Source of the DNA: Candidatus Poribacteria bacterium
Lineage (GTDB): Bacteria; Poribacteria; WGA-4E; PCPOR2b
Direction: 5' to 3'
DNA: 64,000 nt
NCBI GenBank assembly: GCA_965208675.1
Contig: OZ242351.1
Coordinates: forward strand, 4,512,001-4,576,000
A model generated the notes under the pieces. The model had not been told where the DNA came from, searched no databases, and was given only the letters and a program-made list of their open reading frames with translations. A program made the position numbers and the translations under genes. Of this stretch, positions 1-10,760 are shown in pieces (the stretch's first letter is position 1; each line of letters begins with the position of its first letter).

Positions 1-2
1 TG

Positions 3-419
3 GTTGATGGTCTGATTGATGGAACGCTTGATGCGATTGCTACTGATCACGCCCCTCACGCTCCGTTTGAGAAAGCGCAGGGGATGAACGACGCCCCCCC
101 CGGCATCGTCGGGTCGGAAACCTGCGTTCCGCTAGTTTTCACTAAACTCATTAATTCTGGGCGGCTTACGTTATCGGAAGCCATTGCAAAGATGACGTGT
201 ACCCCAGCGAAAATTTTGAATATCGACCGCGGTACCCTCTCCATCGGCGCGGCCGCCGACGTAACACTAATTGATCCAAAACGAGAGGTTGAAGTTAATC
301 CGGCACAATTCGAGTCCAAAGGCCGTAATACGCCTTTCAGGGGCTGGGCGTTGAGGGGTTGCCCCGTGATGACCATTCGAGACGGAGAAGTGACCCATTC
401 AGTCCTCAATGACGGCTAA
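3..419 (+). CDS. pyrC: Dihydroorotase, C-terminal part (truncated by window start)
   Basis: The frame from base 3 reads VDGLIDGTLDAIATDHAPH...APPGIVGSET...GTLSIGAAADVTLID...SKGRNTPF. ATDHAPH and SKxxNTPF are type I dihydroorotase motifs, and the gene lies directly upstream of carAB. Confidence 0.93.
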   Translation, partial: VDGLIDGTLDAIATDHAPHAPFEKAQGMNDAPPGIVGSETCVPLVFTKLINSGRLTLSEAIAKMTCTPAKILNIDRGTLSIGAAADVTLIDPKREVEVNPAQFESKGRNTPFRGWALRGCPVMTIRDGEVTHSVLNDG

Positions 420-522
420 TGCCAAAGAATCAGGTAAATTTCATAAGCAGGCGCACACTACTCCGTCTAATGCGCAACACGTACAAAGACTTACGCTCCC
501 AGTGTTGAGGTGATTCAAAATA

Positions 523-1695
523 ATGAAAGCAATATTAGCATTAGCAGACGGCACAATCTACGAAGGCGAACATTTCGGCGCGGCTGGGGAATCTGTAGGC
601 GAGGTTGTCTTCAATACTAGTATGACAGGTTATCAAGAAATCCTCACCGATCCATCCTATAAAGGACAGATTGTGGCGATGACATATCCGTTAATCGGAA
701 ATTACGGTTGCAATGATGTTGATGTTGAATCAATTGTCCCACAGGTCGAAGGATTTGTTGTGCGTGAATATAGTGCGCAATATAGTAATTGGCGCTCCCG
801 CCGCAGCCTAGGTACGTACCTAGAAGAGAATGGAGTTATCGGAATCCACGGTGTCGATACTCGCGCCTTAACCAAAAGGCTTAGAGTTCACGGCGTTATG
901 AATGGGGTTCTATCGTCGGAAGGTTGTGACACCCAGCAACTTATTGCAAAAGCGCGGGCGTGGCAGGGGTTGATAGGCGCAGACCTAGTTAAACGTGTGA
1001 CCTGCCCAAATCCGTACTTGTGGAAGGATGCTAATCCGCATCCGAATTCTTTGCCTCATTCAGATTTAACCAAGCCCCAGAGCAGTCAGCAAATGACAAT
1101 TGATTTCGATTCATCGCCGGTTGGAGCCGTACCGGAGCCGCAGTTTCGTGTTATCGCAATGGACTTCGGGATAAAGTACAATATTTTGCGTCAACTCACT
1201 CAACACGGTTGCCAAGTGCAGGTTGTTCCAGCCCAAACCAAGGCGGAAGAGATTCTTTCGGCCGACCCTGATGGAATCTTTTTATCAAACGGTCCGGGCG
1301 ATCCGGACGCAGTTGATTATGCACTTGAGACAATCAAGAAACTTATTGGCAGAAAGCCAATCTTCGGTATCTGTTTAGGCCATCAACTATTAGGGCTTGC
1401 GGTTGGGGGAAAGAGATTCAAACTCAAATTTGGACATCGAGGCGCAAATCAGCCGGTCAAACGGCTTGAAACTAACAAGGTGGAAATTACCGCCCAAAAC
1501 CACGGTTTCTGTGTGGACATCGACTCATTGCCAAACACCATAGCGATTACACACGTCAATCTGAATGACAATACCCTCGAAGGAATTCGGCATTTGGAAC
1601 ATCCCGTTTTCGCCGTACAGTATCATCCGGAAGCGTCGCCCGGCCCTCATGATGCAAGTTATCTTTTCGGGCAATTTACGGACCTTATGAAATGA
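523..1695 (+). CDS. carA: Carbamoyl-phosphate synthase small subunit
   Basis: GEVVFNTSMTGYQEILTDPSY, LSNGPGDP, catalytic GICLGHQ and QYHPEASPGPHD motifs. Confidence 0.98.
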   Translation: MKAILALADGTIYEGEHFGAAGESVGEVVFNTSMTGYQEILTDPSYKGQIVAMTYPLIGNYGCNDVDVESIVPQVEGFVVREYSAQYSNWRSRRSLGTYLEENGVIGIHGVDTRALTKRLRVHGVMNGVLSSEGCDTQQLIAKARAWQGLIGADLVKRVTCPNPYLWKDANPHPNSLPHSDLTKPQSSQQMTIDFDSSPVGAVPEPQFRVIAMDFGIKYNILRQLTQHGCQVQVVPAQTKAEEILSADPDGIFLSNGPGDPDAVDYALETIKKLIGRKPIFGICLGHQLLGLAVGGKRFKLKFGHRGANQPVKRLETNKVEITAQNHGFCVDIDSLPNTIAITHVNLNDNTLEGIRHLEHPVFAVQYHPEASPGPHDASYLFGQFTDLMK

Positions 1696-1776
1696 AAAGC
1701 GATCAATCGAACGACAAGCGGGTGCGATGGTCTTCGGATGACTATTGCCAGTTGCTCAATTGATGCGACGAAGACC

Positions 1777-4700
1777 ATGCCAAAGCGAACCGACATTGAG
1801 AAGATTTTAATCATCGGCTCCGGACCCATTATTATTGGGCAGGCCTGTGAATTTGACTATTCCGGGGCGCAAGCCTGCAAAGCCTTGCAAGAAGAAGGAT
1901 TTGAGATTGTTCTGGTGAACAGTAATCCGGCGACGATTATGACTGATCCGGAATTTGCAGACCGAACTTATATTGAGCCGATTACAGCGGATGTGGTCGA
2001 ACGGATTATCGCTTGCGAACGTCCTGACGCCTTGCTGCCAACGTTGGGAGGCCAAACCGGGCTAAACGTCTCAGTTGAACTTGCCGAAGCCGGGGTGCTA
2101 GACACGTATGATGTTGAACTGATTGGCGCGAAGCTTGAGGCTATCAAAAAGGCGGAAGATCGCGAACTCTTTAAGCGTTCAATGCAGCGAATCGGATTGT
2201 CGGTGCCAAATAGCGGCGTTGTGCATTCCGTTGAAGACGCCGTAAGTGTAGTTTCTTCAATTGGATACCCCGCAATTATCCGTCCGGCGTTCACGCTGGG
2301 CGGAACAGGCGGCGGCATTGCGTATAACATCGAAGAGTTTCAGGTGATGGTCGAACATGGCTTGGCATTGAGTCCAGTCAATGAGGTTTTAATCGAAGAG
2401 TCAGTTATTGGGTGGAAAGAATTTGAACTAGAGGTGATGCGCGATCATGCGGATAATGTCGTGATTATCTGCTCAATTGAAAATGTCGATCCAATGGGCA
2501 TCCATACGGGTGATAGCATTACAGTTGCGCCTGTACAGACGTTGACAGACAAAGAATATCAGAAGATGCGAGATGCAGCCATCAGGATAATCCGAGAAAT
2601 AGGCGTAGATACGGGCGGATCAAATGTCCAATTCGCCGTCCACCCTCAGACGGGAGAACAGGTCGTCATCGAAATGAATCCGCGCGTATCAAGGAGTTCT
2701 GCACTCGCATCAAAAGCCACAGGATTTCCAATCGCCAAGATTGCGGCAAAACTTGCAGTTGGCTATACGCTTGATGAAATTCGCAATGACATCACCCGCC
2801 AAACCCCGGCTTCCTTTGAACCTACAATTGATTACGTTGTCGTCAAAATCCCGCGTTGGGCGTTCGAAAAATTTCCGGATGCCGATGGAACCCTGACCAC
2901 TCAGATGAAATCGGTCGGAGAAGCGATGGCGATCGGGCGGACTTTCAAAGAAGCATTGCAGAAAGGCTTACGATCGTTGGAAACAGGGTGGTATGGGCTT
3001 GGAGATCGGCACGTGCAAAATCTTCCAGTTTCTGAATTGCCCGAAAAACTAACTTTTCCGAACGTTGAGCGGCTATTTTATATCAAACAGGCGTTCCAAG
3101 GCGGTATGAGTGTAGATCAGGTGTACGGCCATACAAAAATAGATCCCTTCTTTTTGTATAACGTCAAGGAGCTAGTAGATTTTGAAACCCACCTGACGAA
3201 ACAGGGAAGGGAGGAAATGAAAAAATCGACATCAGAATCGCGTATTGCCCCGCTGCCTCGCGAGTTGATGTCCCTGCTCTGCAGGTCGAAACAGTATGGA
3301 TTTTCGGACCGCCAGGTTGCCGAGCTGTGGGATGTTTCTGAATCAGACGTCAGGTTGTTGCGGAAGAAAGCTGGAATCGAAGCAACATATAAGACGGTTG
3401 ATACATGCGCCGCTGAATTTGAGGCGGTAACACCCTACTACTATTCAACTTACAGCAGCGAGGATGAAGTTCGCCCAACTTCAAAAAGCAAGATAATCAT
3501 TTTGGGCGGGGGGCCAAATCGGATTGGCCAGGGAATTGAGTTTGATTATTGTTGCGTTCACGCAGCCATGGCGCTCAAGGAAGATGGATTTGAGACTATT
3601 ATGGTCAATAGCAATCCTGAAACGGTGAGTACAGACTATGATACCTCGGACCGTCTGTATTTTGAACCGCTCACACTTGAAGATGTGTTGAACATAATAG
3701 ACCGTGAGCAACCTGACGGCGTTATCGTTCAATTCGGCGGGCAAACCCCCTTGAATCTTGCGCTTGCACTCAAAGACGCAGGCGTACGCATTATCGGAAC
3801 CAGTCCCGATGACATTGCGCGGTCGGAAGACCGAAAATTGTTCAAAGCTGTACTGGATGAAATAGGTCTAGTGCAACCGCCAAACGGAACTGCAACATCG
3901 ATTGAAGAAGCCAAACCGATTGCCGCGTCGCTTGGCTATCCCGTGATTGTTCGCCCCTCGTATGTTCTCGGCGGGCGCGCAATGCAGATTGTCTACGACC
4001 AAACTCTGTTGCAGGAATACATGGACTCCGCAGTTGCCGCTTCACCCGAACATCCGGTTTTGATTGACAAGTATTTGGAAGATGCAATCGAGGTGGATGT
4101 CGATGCAATTTCAGACGGCAGAACAACCCTGGTCGGGGGTATCATGGAGCACATTGAAGAAGCTGGAATCCATTCCGGAGACAGTGATTGCGTGCTCCCC
4201 CCTTATACTCTTGTGGAAGAGCAACTTGACGAACTCAAAAGGTATACATACGCACTGGCAAAGGCACTCAACGTTCGAGGACTGATGAACGTTCAGTATG
4301 CTATCAAGAACAACGAAATCTATGTGCTGGAGGTCAACCCGCGCGCCTCGCGGACTATACCGTTTGTCAGCAAAGCGATTGGGGTACCGTTGGCAAAACA
4401 TGCGGCGCGGATTATGGCGGGAAAAACCCTTGAGAAAATCGGATTTACCAAAGAAATCGAAAGGAACTATTTCTGTGTGAAAGCCCCCGTATTTCCGTTC
4501 AATCGCTTTCCCGGAGCAAATTCGCAACTTGGGCCCGAGATGAAATCGACAGGCGAGGTGATGGGCATCGACGAAGATCTTTCTCAAGCCTTTGCCAAAG
4601 CACAAAAGGCGTGCGGCTACACGTTGCCCGTCAATGGGCGGGCGTTCATCAGCGTAAAAAACAAAGATAAGCGCGCTATCATTTTTATCGCCAAGAAGCT

Positions 4701-5034
4701 CTCCGACATCGGATTTCAATTGATAGCAACGCACGGGACTGCGAAGGTGTTGCGAAGGAATGGGTTGGAGGTTTCGTTAGTCCATAGTATAGGAAAAGGA
4801 CGCCCCACAATTCACGACTATGTGAAAAATCAAGACGTAGACCTTATTATCAATACTCCCACAGGTTACGACCATCATCCCGCGGAACAGTTGATAAGAA
4901 AGATAACAATTGATTATGGTGTACCACTGTTTTCCACTATCCCCGGTGCATCCGCCGCTATCAACGGCATTGAGGCGCTTCGCCGTGAAACGTTAACTGT
5001 TACGCCGCTTCAGGATTATTACACAAAGATGTAA
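1777..5034 (+). CDS. carB: Carbamoyl-phosphate synthase large subunit
   Basis: Canonical start MPKRTDI...[17 protein letters not shown] at 1777 (ORF track starts at 1738), two ATP-grasp halves ([18 protein letters not shown]) and a C-terminal MGS domain. Confidence 0.98.
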   Translation: MPKRTDIEKILIIGSGPIIIGQACEFDYSGAQACKALQEEGFEIVLVNSNPATIMTDPEFADRTYIEPITADVVERIIACERPDALLPTLGGQTGLNVSVELAEAGVLDTYDVELIGAKLEAIKKAEDRELFKRSMQRIGLSVPNSGVVHSVEDAVSVVSSIGYPAIIRPAFTLGGTGGGIAYNIEEFQVMVEHGLALSPVNEVLIEESVIGWKEFELEVMRDHADNVVIICSIENVDPMGIHTGDSITVAPVQTLTDKEYQKMRDAAIRIIREIGVDTGGSNVQFAVHPQTGEQVVIEMNPRVSRSSALASKATGFPIAKIAAKLAVGYTLDEIRNDITRQTPASFEPTIDYVVVKIPRWAFEKFPDADGTLTTQMKSVGEAMAIGRTFKEALQKGLRSLETGWYGLGDRHVQNLPVSELPEKLTFPNVERLFYIKQAFQGGMSVDQVYGHTKIDPFFLYNVKELVDFETHLTKQGREEMKKSTSESRIAPLPRELMSLLCRSKQYGFSDRQVAELWDVSESDVRLLRKKAGIEATYKTVDTCAAEFEAVTPYYYSTYSSEDEVRPTSKSKIIILGGGPNRIGQGIEFDYCCVHAAMALKEDGFETIMVNSNPETVSTDYDTSDRLYFEPLTLEDVLNIIDREQPDGVIVQFGGQTPLNLALALKDAGVRIIGTSPDDIARSEDRKLFKAVLDEIGLVQPPNGTATSIEEAKPIAASLGYPVIVRPSYVLGGRAMQIVYDQTLLQEYMDSAVAASPEHPVLIDKYLEDAIEVDVDAISDGRTTLVGGIMEHIEEAGIHSGDSDCVLPPYTLVEEQLDELKRYTYALAKALNVRGLMNVQYAIKNNEIYVLEVNPRASRTIPFVSKAIGVPLAKHAARIMAGKTLEKIGFTKEIERNYFCVKAPVFPFNRFPGANSQLGPEMKSTGEVMGIDEDLSQAFAKAQKACGYTLPVNGRAFISVKNKDKRAIIFIAKKLSDIGFQLIATHGTAKVLRRNGLEVSLVHSIGKGRPTIHDYVKNQDVDLIINTPTGYDHHPAEQLIRKITIDYGVPLFSTIPGASAAINGIEALRRETLTVTPLQDYYTKM

Positions 5035-5118
5035 ATTGGAATACGCGTCCACACTAGGACAGCACGGTATACATCATGTTAACGGTAGTCAAACCAGGTA
5101 AAAAGAAATGAGGAACAG

Positions 5119-6564
5119 ATGAGAGATTTGAAAATGGAATCTTATTCTAACGACTGGAGACAACGGGAAGAAGCCGCCGAGTCAATGATTCCACTGATTG
5201 GAGAGCTGTATCGGAATCATGGCGTGGTTACTACCGTTTACGGCCATTCTCTAGTTCATGGCTCGACCATTGATATTCTAAAGGCTCATCGTTTTTCTCG
5301 GCAGATTGTCCAAGACGAACTTTCTGCTTTCACAAGCTTACCCATTCTTAAAGCGATGAGCCAATTGAACCTTTCACCAGCCCGCATTGACATTGGCAAG
5401 TTAACTACTATGTATCTGCGCAACGAGACAGGCGCGTCCCTAGAAACCTTTGTCAGAACGGAACTGGCTGATATCAACAATGGTAAAAAGACGACCTTGG
5501 CTGCCCCTCAAGATGTCGTTCTTTATGGATTTGGACGGATCGGGCGAACTCTCGCTCGGATTCTCATTCAAAGAAGCGGCGGCGGCGGCAGGTTGAGGTT
5601 ACGGGCAGTCGTAGTGCGGAACGAAATCAGAGGCGACCTGCCAAAGCGGGCTAGCCTCCTACGACGTGATTCCGTCCATGGTTCGTTCAAAGGGACCATC
5701 ATAGTCAACGAGGCAGAAAACGCCTTCATTGCAAATGGAAACATGATTCGTCTCCTGTACGCAGACCGCCCGGAACATGCCGACTACAGCCGATATGGCA
5801 TTCAAAATGCGATTGTCCTTGACAACACCGGCGTTTGGCGGGATCGGCGCGGGCTTGAACGGCATCTCAAAGCCGAAGGCGCCGCAAAAATTATCCTCAC
5901 TGCACCGGGCAAAGAAGAAGTTCCAAATGTTGTTTACGGCGTAAATAACCACGCCATTTTGGATGGCGAGAAGATTGTCTCCGCTGCTAGCTGTACTACT
6001 AACGCAATTGTTCCGGTTCTTAAGGTGATGCACGACCGATTCCAAATTGAAGAGGGGCACATTGAAACTTGCCACGCTTACACCAATGACCAAAACCTGA
6101 TTGACAATTACCACAAAAAGAGTCGAAGAGGGCGTGGCGCGCCGCTGAACATGGTTATTACAGAAACAGGCGCTGCTGAAGCGGTAGGCAAAGTATTGCC
6201 GGAATTGTCAGGCAGGCTAACAGCTAATGCGATTCGGGTTCCAACGCCGAATGTATCACTCGCTATCCTGCATTTAACGCTAAACGAAGTGAGTACGGTA
6301 AGGGAAGTAAACAACTATCTGCGCGCCATTTCGCTCGACTCGCCGTTGCAAGGACAGATAGATTACACCAGTTCGCCGGATGCGGTTTCGAGCGACTTTA
6401 TCGGGACTTTGAAGACGGGAATAGTTGACTCGCTAGCAACCATAGTGTCAGGCAATCGGTGTGTGTTGTACGTATGGTATGACAACGAATTTGGTTACAG
6501 CCACCAAGTGATTCGCATTCTCCAGTACATTGCAGGTTTGGAACTTCCCGCTTTTCCGCGGTAA
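5119..6564 (+). CDS. gap: Glyceraldehyde-3-phosphate dehydrogenase, long (~480 aa) type with N-terminal extension
   Basis: YGFGRIGR, catalytic ASCTTN, HAYTNDQ, TETGAA, RVPTPNVS and WYDNEFGYS, preceded by a ~130 aa extension typical of the long GAPDH subfamily. Confidence 0.93.
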   Translation: MRDLKMESYSNDWRQREEAAESMIPLIGELYRNHGVVTTVYGHSLVHGSTIDILKAHRFSRQIVQDELSAFTSLPILKAMSQLNLSPARIDIGKLTTMYLRNETGASLETFVRTELADINNGKKTTLAAPQDVVLYGFGRIGRTLARILIQRSGGGGRLRLRAVVVRNEIRGDLPKRASLLRRDSVHGSFKGTIIVNEAENAFIANGNMIRLLYADRPEHADYSRYGIQNAIVLDNTGVWRDRRGLERHLKAEGAAKIILTAPGKEEVPNVVYGVNNHAILDGEKIVSAASCTTNAIVPVLKVMHDRFQIEEGHIETCHAYTNDQNLIDNYHKKSRRGRGAPLNMVITETGAAEAVGKVLPELSGRLTANAIRVPTPNVSLAILHLTLNEVSTVREVNNYLRAISLDSPLQGQIDYTSSPDAVSSDFIGTLKTGIVDSLATIVSGNRCVLYVWYDNEFGYSHQVIRILQYIAGLELPAFPR

Positions 6565-6732
6565 CCCTTTCAGTCTCGAAGATTTAGCATCCGATTGATT
6601 TTCGCCGAGCTAGTCGTATTCGAAAATCGGCGTGAATTCAGTTGCCGTAAATATCACACACGTTTACAGGATAAAATTTCCTCAATACTTGTCTTCCTAC
6701 ATCCCGCATAGTTGAATTGTCTCCCATGCATA

Positions 6733-8076
6733 ATGAAAAAAGTTGCTTCTGTTCGCCAACTTGCGTTGGACTGTTTAATCCGATTGGAAGAAGACAGCAC
6801 AACTATTGCTCCGCTAGTTAATTGTACAATTCTTCAAAGCCGTTTGGATGCTTTAGATTGCGGGTTGCTAAATGAGCTTGTTTATGGTGTGGTTCGGTGG
6901 AGGAAGAAACTTGATTGGATTCTCCGCCAATTTGTGGATTCCCGCTTTCATTTGGATTTGAAAAGCCGCAACATCTTGAGGCTAGGGGCATATCAGTTGC
7001 TTCACTTGAATAGGGTTCCACCGCATGCGGCTATTTATGAAACAGTCGAACTAGCGAAACCTAAACGGAAACAGGCGCAATTCATCAACGCGGTACTACG
7101 TTCGGTACAGCGAGACGCAAATCGCCTTGAGTTTTCTTCACTACAAGCCGATCCGCTTCAGCATATCTCAATTTCTCTTTCCTATCCACAGTGGTTGGTG
7201 AAACGGTGGCTAATTCACTACGATGCCGCGTGGACACTGGCGTTCTGCCGCGCAAGTAATCAGATTGCACCGCTATCTATCCGGCTTAATTCCCTGAAAA
7301 CTAACCGCGAAGAATTAATCGAATCGCTCACGGCGGACAGCGTTTCGGTTAAGGAAAGCCAGATTTCGCCCGACGGATTGATTTTGGCGGATTCGCGTTC
7401 GTTACAGTCGCTGCAAGCTTACCGCAATGGCTGGTTCTACGTACAGGACGAAAGTGCGATGTTAGCGGCGCACTTGCTTAGTCCGCAACCGGAGAAGAAG
7501 GTCGTGGATCTATGTGCCGCACCCGGCGGGAAGACTAGCCACATTGCGCAACTCATGGGAAACACGGGACAGATTGTTGCTGCAGATATTTCGCAGGACA
7601 GGGTTCGAAGCGTTGAGGAGAACTGCCAGCGACTCGGTATAACAAATGTCCTGCCACGGATTGCAAATTCCGCAAACGACTCGCTCGAATTTGTCAGGGA
7701 TGCGGATTATGTCCTAATTGATGCACCGTGTTCGGGATTCGGAACCCTTCGGCGCCATCCGGACATACGGTGGAAAAAATCCCCTAATCAGATTAACGAG
7801 CTTGCTCAACTGCAGCTAAACCTTTTGGAAAACGCAGCGCGCAAGATTAAACCCGGCGCCGTATTAGTTTATAGTACATGCAGCATAGAACCGGAAGAGA
7901 ACGAGATAATTATTCGCCGTTTCCTCAAAAACCATCCGAAATTTGTAATCGAAGACGCAGTAGAATTTCTACCGGCTGCGCCTCCGGACGCTATCACGCC
8001 CGAAGGGTTTCTACAAACCTTTCCGCATGAACACGGCACTGACGGCGCTTTTGCGGTGCGTCTAAGAGTAACATAG
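6733..8076 (+). CDS. rsmB: 16S rRNA m5C967 methyltransferase RsmB/Sun
   Basis: NusB-like N-terminus (ELVYGVVRW, PPHAAIYETVELAK), then VQDESA, DLCAAPGGKT, DAPCSGFG, YSTCS...EENE and DGAF. ATG at 6733 preferred over TTG at 6712. Confidence 0.95.
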   Translation: MKKVASVRQLALDCLIRLEEDSTTIAPLVNCTILQSRLDALDCGLLNELVYGVVRWRKKLDWILRQFVDSRFHLDLKSRNILRLGAYQLLHLNRVPPHAAIYETVELAKPKRKQAQFINAVLRSVQRDANRLEFSSLQADPLQHISISLSYPQWLVKRWLIHYDAAWTLAFCRASNQIAPLSIRLNSLKTNREELIESLTADSVSVKESQISPDGLILADSRSLQSLQAYRNGWFYVQDESAMLAAHLLSPQPEKKVVDLCAAPGGKTSHIAQLMGNTGQIVAADISQDRVRSVEENCQRLGITNVLPRIANSANDSLEFVRDADYVLIDAPCSGFGTLRRHPDIRWKKSPNQINELAQLQLNLLENAARKIKPGAVLVYSTCSIEPEENEIIIRRFLKNHPKFVIEDAVEFLPAAPPDAITPEGFLQTFPHEHGTDGAFAVRLRVT

Positions 8077-8136
8077 AAATTAAACTCAATAGAAGCAATC
8101 TGCGGTTAATCGAAGGCGATTCACTATTGTTTTACT

Positions 8137-9678
8137 ATGACACACCCGCTTCTCGAAATGCAATCCATAACAAAAGACTTCCCGGGCGTCCGCGCGGTTG
8201 ATGATGTTTCATTCGATGTGCAGCGCGGCGAGATTCACGCGTTGTGCGGTGAGAACGGCGCGGGTAAGTCGACACTGATTAAGGTGCTTGGCGGTGTGTA
8301 CCCTCGTGGCACTTACGAGGGTACGTTATGCATCAACGGTAGCGTTCATGATTTTAGCTCTGTCGGCGACTCTGAATGCGCGGGCGTAGCCATAATCTAT
8401 CAGGAGCTCGCATTAGTTCCAGATATGACTGTCGGCGAAAATATCTATCTGGGCCGAGAACCCAAACGGATCGGGTTCATTGATTGGAATCGGTTGTATC
8501 ATCGAGCAGCTCGTTTGCTGTCAGATTTTGGCCTTCCTCTAGAACCTCAAACCGTAGTGAATCAGTTAGGTATCGGAGGGCAGCAGTTGGTGGAAATCGC
8601 CAAAGCTCTGTCACGCGACGCTCGCTTGCTTGTATTAGATGAGCCAACCGCAGCGCTAACAGAAAGTGAAATAGAAAAGTTGATGTACATTCTGCGCCAG
8701 CTGCGTGAACAAGGTGTGTCATGCATTTACATCACGCACAAGCTCAAGGAAATCTTCGAGATTGCAAATCGTGTAACTGTCCTACGCGACGGAAAAACAG
8801 TGGGTACGTTCCGGATAAATGAGTGCAGTGAAAGTGAACTGATTGCTCGGATGGTTGGACGTGAATTGACGGATTTCTACGCGAAGAGCGAAACGAGAAT
8901 AGGAGAGACCGCATTGGAAGTGCGGAATCTCAATGCATATGATTCAGATAGACCCGATCGGCAGTTCCTGAAAGATATATGTTTTACTGTGCGGTACGGG
9001 GAAATTCTAGGTATCGCGGGACTGATGGGATCGGGGCGGACGGAACTAATCAATGCCGTTTTTGGAGCATATCCGGGCAAGTCCACCGGAGATATCGTTG
9101 TCGACGGCGTTCAAGTTATAATCGATTCTCCCCGTGACGCGATTAGATACGGGATAGGGCTTGTCAGCGAGGATCGCCAGCGGTACGGGTTAATTCTTGG
9201 CGCTAATGTGCCTTCGAACATGACGTTAGCCAGCCTTGACGCTCGGTGTACCGAACCAGGAACGCAGCTTGCGCCTCATGGGATTATCAATCGGAACGAG
9301 GAGTTTCGCCAGAGTCGCCACTATGTTGAATCTCTGCAAATTAAAACTCCGTCACTTGATGCACCAGTAAACCATCTTAGCGGCGGCAACCAACAGAAGG
9401 TAGTTTTGGGGAAATGCTTGATGACCCTACCGAGGATTCTTCTCCTTGACGAACCTACCCGCGGCATTGATGTGGCTGCCAAAGTGGAGATTCACAGGTT
9501 GATTGCTCAACTTGCCCGCCAAGGTGTTGCAATCGTGATGGTCTCGTCGGAACTCCCCGAAATTTTGAACATGAGCGATCGAATTATAGTTCTGCATGAG
9601 GGTGAAATTTCGGGGGAATTTGTTAATGACAATACAACGCAAGCTGAAATTTTACGCTGCGCCGCCGGTGAAACGTAA
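8137..9678 (+). CDS. Monosaccharide (CUT2, XylG-like) ABC transporter ATP-binding protein with two ABC domains
   Basis: GENGAGKSTL, LDEPTAAL, LSGGNQQKV and LDEPTRGIDV. KVLGGVYPxGTYEG resembles the XylG subfamily. Confidence 0.92.
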   Translation: MTHPLLEMQSITKDFPGVRAVDDVSFDVQRGEIHALCGENGAGKSTLIKVLGGVYPRGTYEGTLCINGSVHDFSSVGDSECAGVAIIYQELALVPDMTVGENIYLGREPKRIGFIDWNRLYHRAARLLSDFGLPLEPQTVVNQLGIGGQQLVEIAKALSRDARLLVLDEPTAALTESEIEKLMYILRQLREQGVSCIYITHKLKEIFEIANRVTVLRDGKTVGTFRINECSESELIARMVGRELTDFYAKSETRIGETALEVRNLNAYDSDRPDRQFLKDICFTVRYGEILGIAGLMGSGRTELINAVFGAYPGKSTGDIVVDGVQVIIDSPRDAIRYGIGLVSEDRQRYGLILGANVPSNMTLASLDARCTEPGTQLAPHGIINRNEEFRQSRHYVESLQIKTPSLDAPVNHLSGGNQQKVVLGKCLMTLPRILLLDEPTRGIDVAAKVEIHRLIAQLARQGVAIVMVSSELPEILNMSDRIIVLHEGEISGEFVNDNTTQAEILRCAAGET

Positions 9679-9725
9679 ATGTATTAAACTCACATGACGG
9701 AAGTCAAACTTTACGGAAAATTACT

Positions 9726-10694
9726 ATGGAAAACCCAAAAATTGTATGTACAGGTCCCATCGATAACGCCGCCATTGAAATCCTGCAGCCATACGGTGAA
9801 ATCGTCATTGCTCCAGTTTTCGAGGAGGAGGCGTTGCTTTCGCTCATTGATGGCGCCATTGGCTTGGTAGTGCGGGGTGCTGAAGGAAGCGTAAACGCTC
9901 GGGTAATCAATGCGGCCGCAGACCTAAGGGTAATCGGCCGCTCCGGCGTAGGATATGACAACGTGGACATTAGTGCTGCCACAGCACGAAATATTCCGGT
10001 GGTTTACACACCCGGAGTTAACGCCCGAGCGATAGCAGAGGCAGCGATGGCACTTATTTTCACCTTGTGTAAGAAGGTAGTCTTTTGGGACGCTCAGCTA
10101 AAACTGGGCAACTGGAGCAGCCGTTTTCAAAACCAACCAGGGGATTTGGACGGCGCCACGTTGGGTATCATCGGTTTCGGACGAATCGGACAGATGCTTG
10201 CACAGTTAATCCGTCCATTTAATGTAACAATTCTAGCCTATGACCCCTACGTGTCACACGAACGGGCGAACGAGCTAGAAACAGAACTAGTCGATCTTGA
10301 ATCATTATTACAGCGCTCAGATTTCATTTCTATTCATGCAGCCTTGACGCCTGAAACACAGGGACTCATCAACCGCGACCGTTTGCAACATGTAAAGCCG
10401 GGGGCTTACATCGTTAATCTGGCGCGGGGCGGCCTAATCGAAAGTCTTGACGTACTATATGAATCGTTGAAATCAGGCAGATTAGGAGGCGTTGGACTAG
10501 ATGTATTCCAACCCGAGCCGCCGGACGTCAGTCATCCAATTTTTCAATTGCCCCACTGCATTACGTCGCCCCACGCTCTAGGATTGACGCCGCAAGCGAT
10601 GACGAAAATATTCGAGAGCATGGCTACCGACATGGCAGCAATATTAGATGGAAAGCCGCCGCGGCACGTTGTAAACCCAGAGGTTTTAGGATAG
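9726..10694 (+). CDS. D-isomer-specific 2-hydroxyacid dehydrogenase (SerA-like, no ACT domain)
   Basis: GVGYDNVD, GIIGFGRIG, NLARGG, LDVFQPEP and SPH motifs. Confidence 0.9.
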   Translation: MENPKIVCTGPIDNAAIEILQPYGEIVIAPVFEEEALLSLIDGAIGLVVRGAEGSVNARVINAAADLRVIGRSGVGYDNVDISAATARNIPVVYTPGVNARAIAEAAMALIFTLCKKVVFWDAQLKLGNWSSRFQNQPGDLDGATLGIIGFGRIGQMLAQLIRPFNVTILAYDPYVSHERANELETELVDLESLLQRSDFISIHAALTPETQGLINRDRLQHVKPGAYIVNLARGGLIESLDVLYESLKSGRLGGVGLDVFQPEPPDVSHPIFQLPHCITSPHALGLTPQAMTKIFESMATDMAAILDGKPPRHVVNPEVLG

Positions 10695-10760
10695 GATGGC
10701 CCCGTTGATTCCGTATTGTTGTTGCCCGCTCACATTAATGGCTTAAATTAAGGTGACAAC

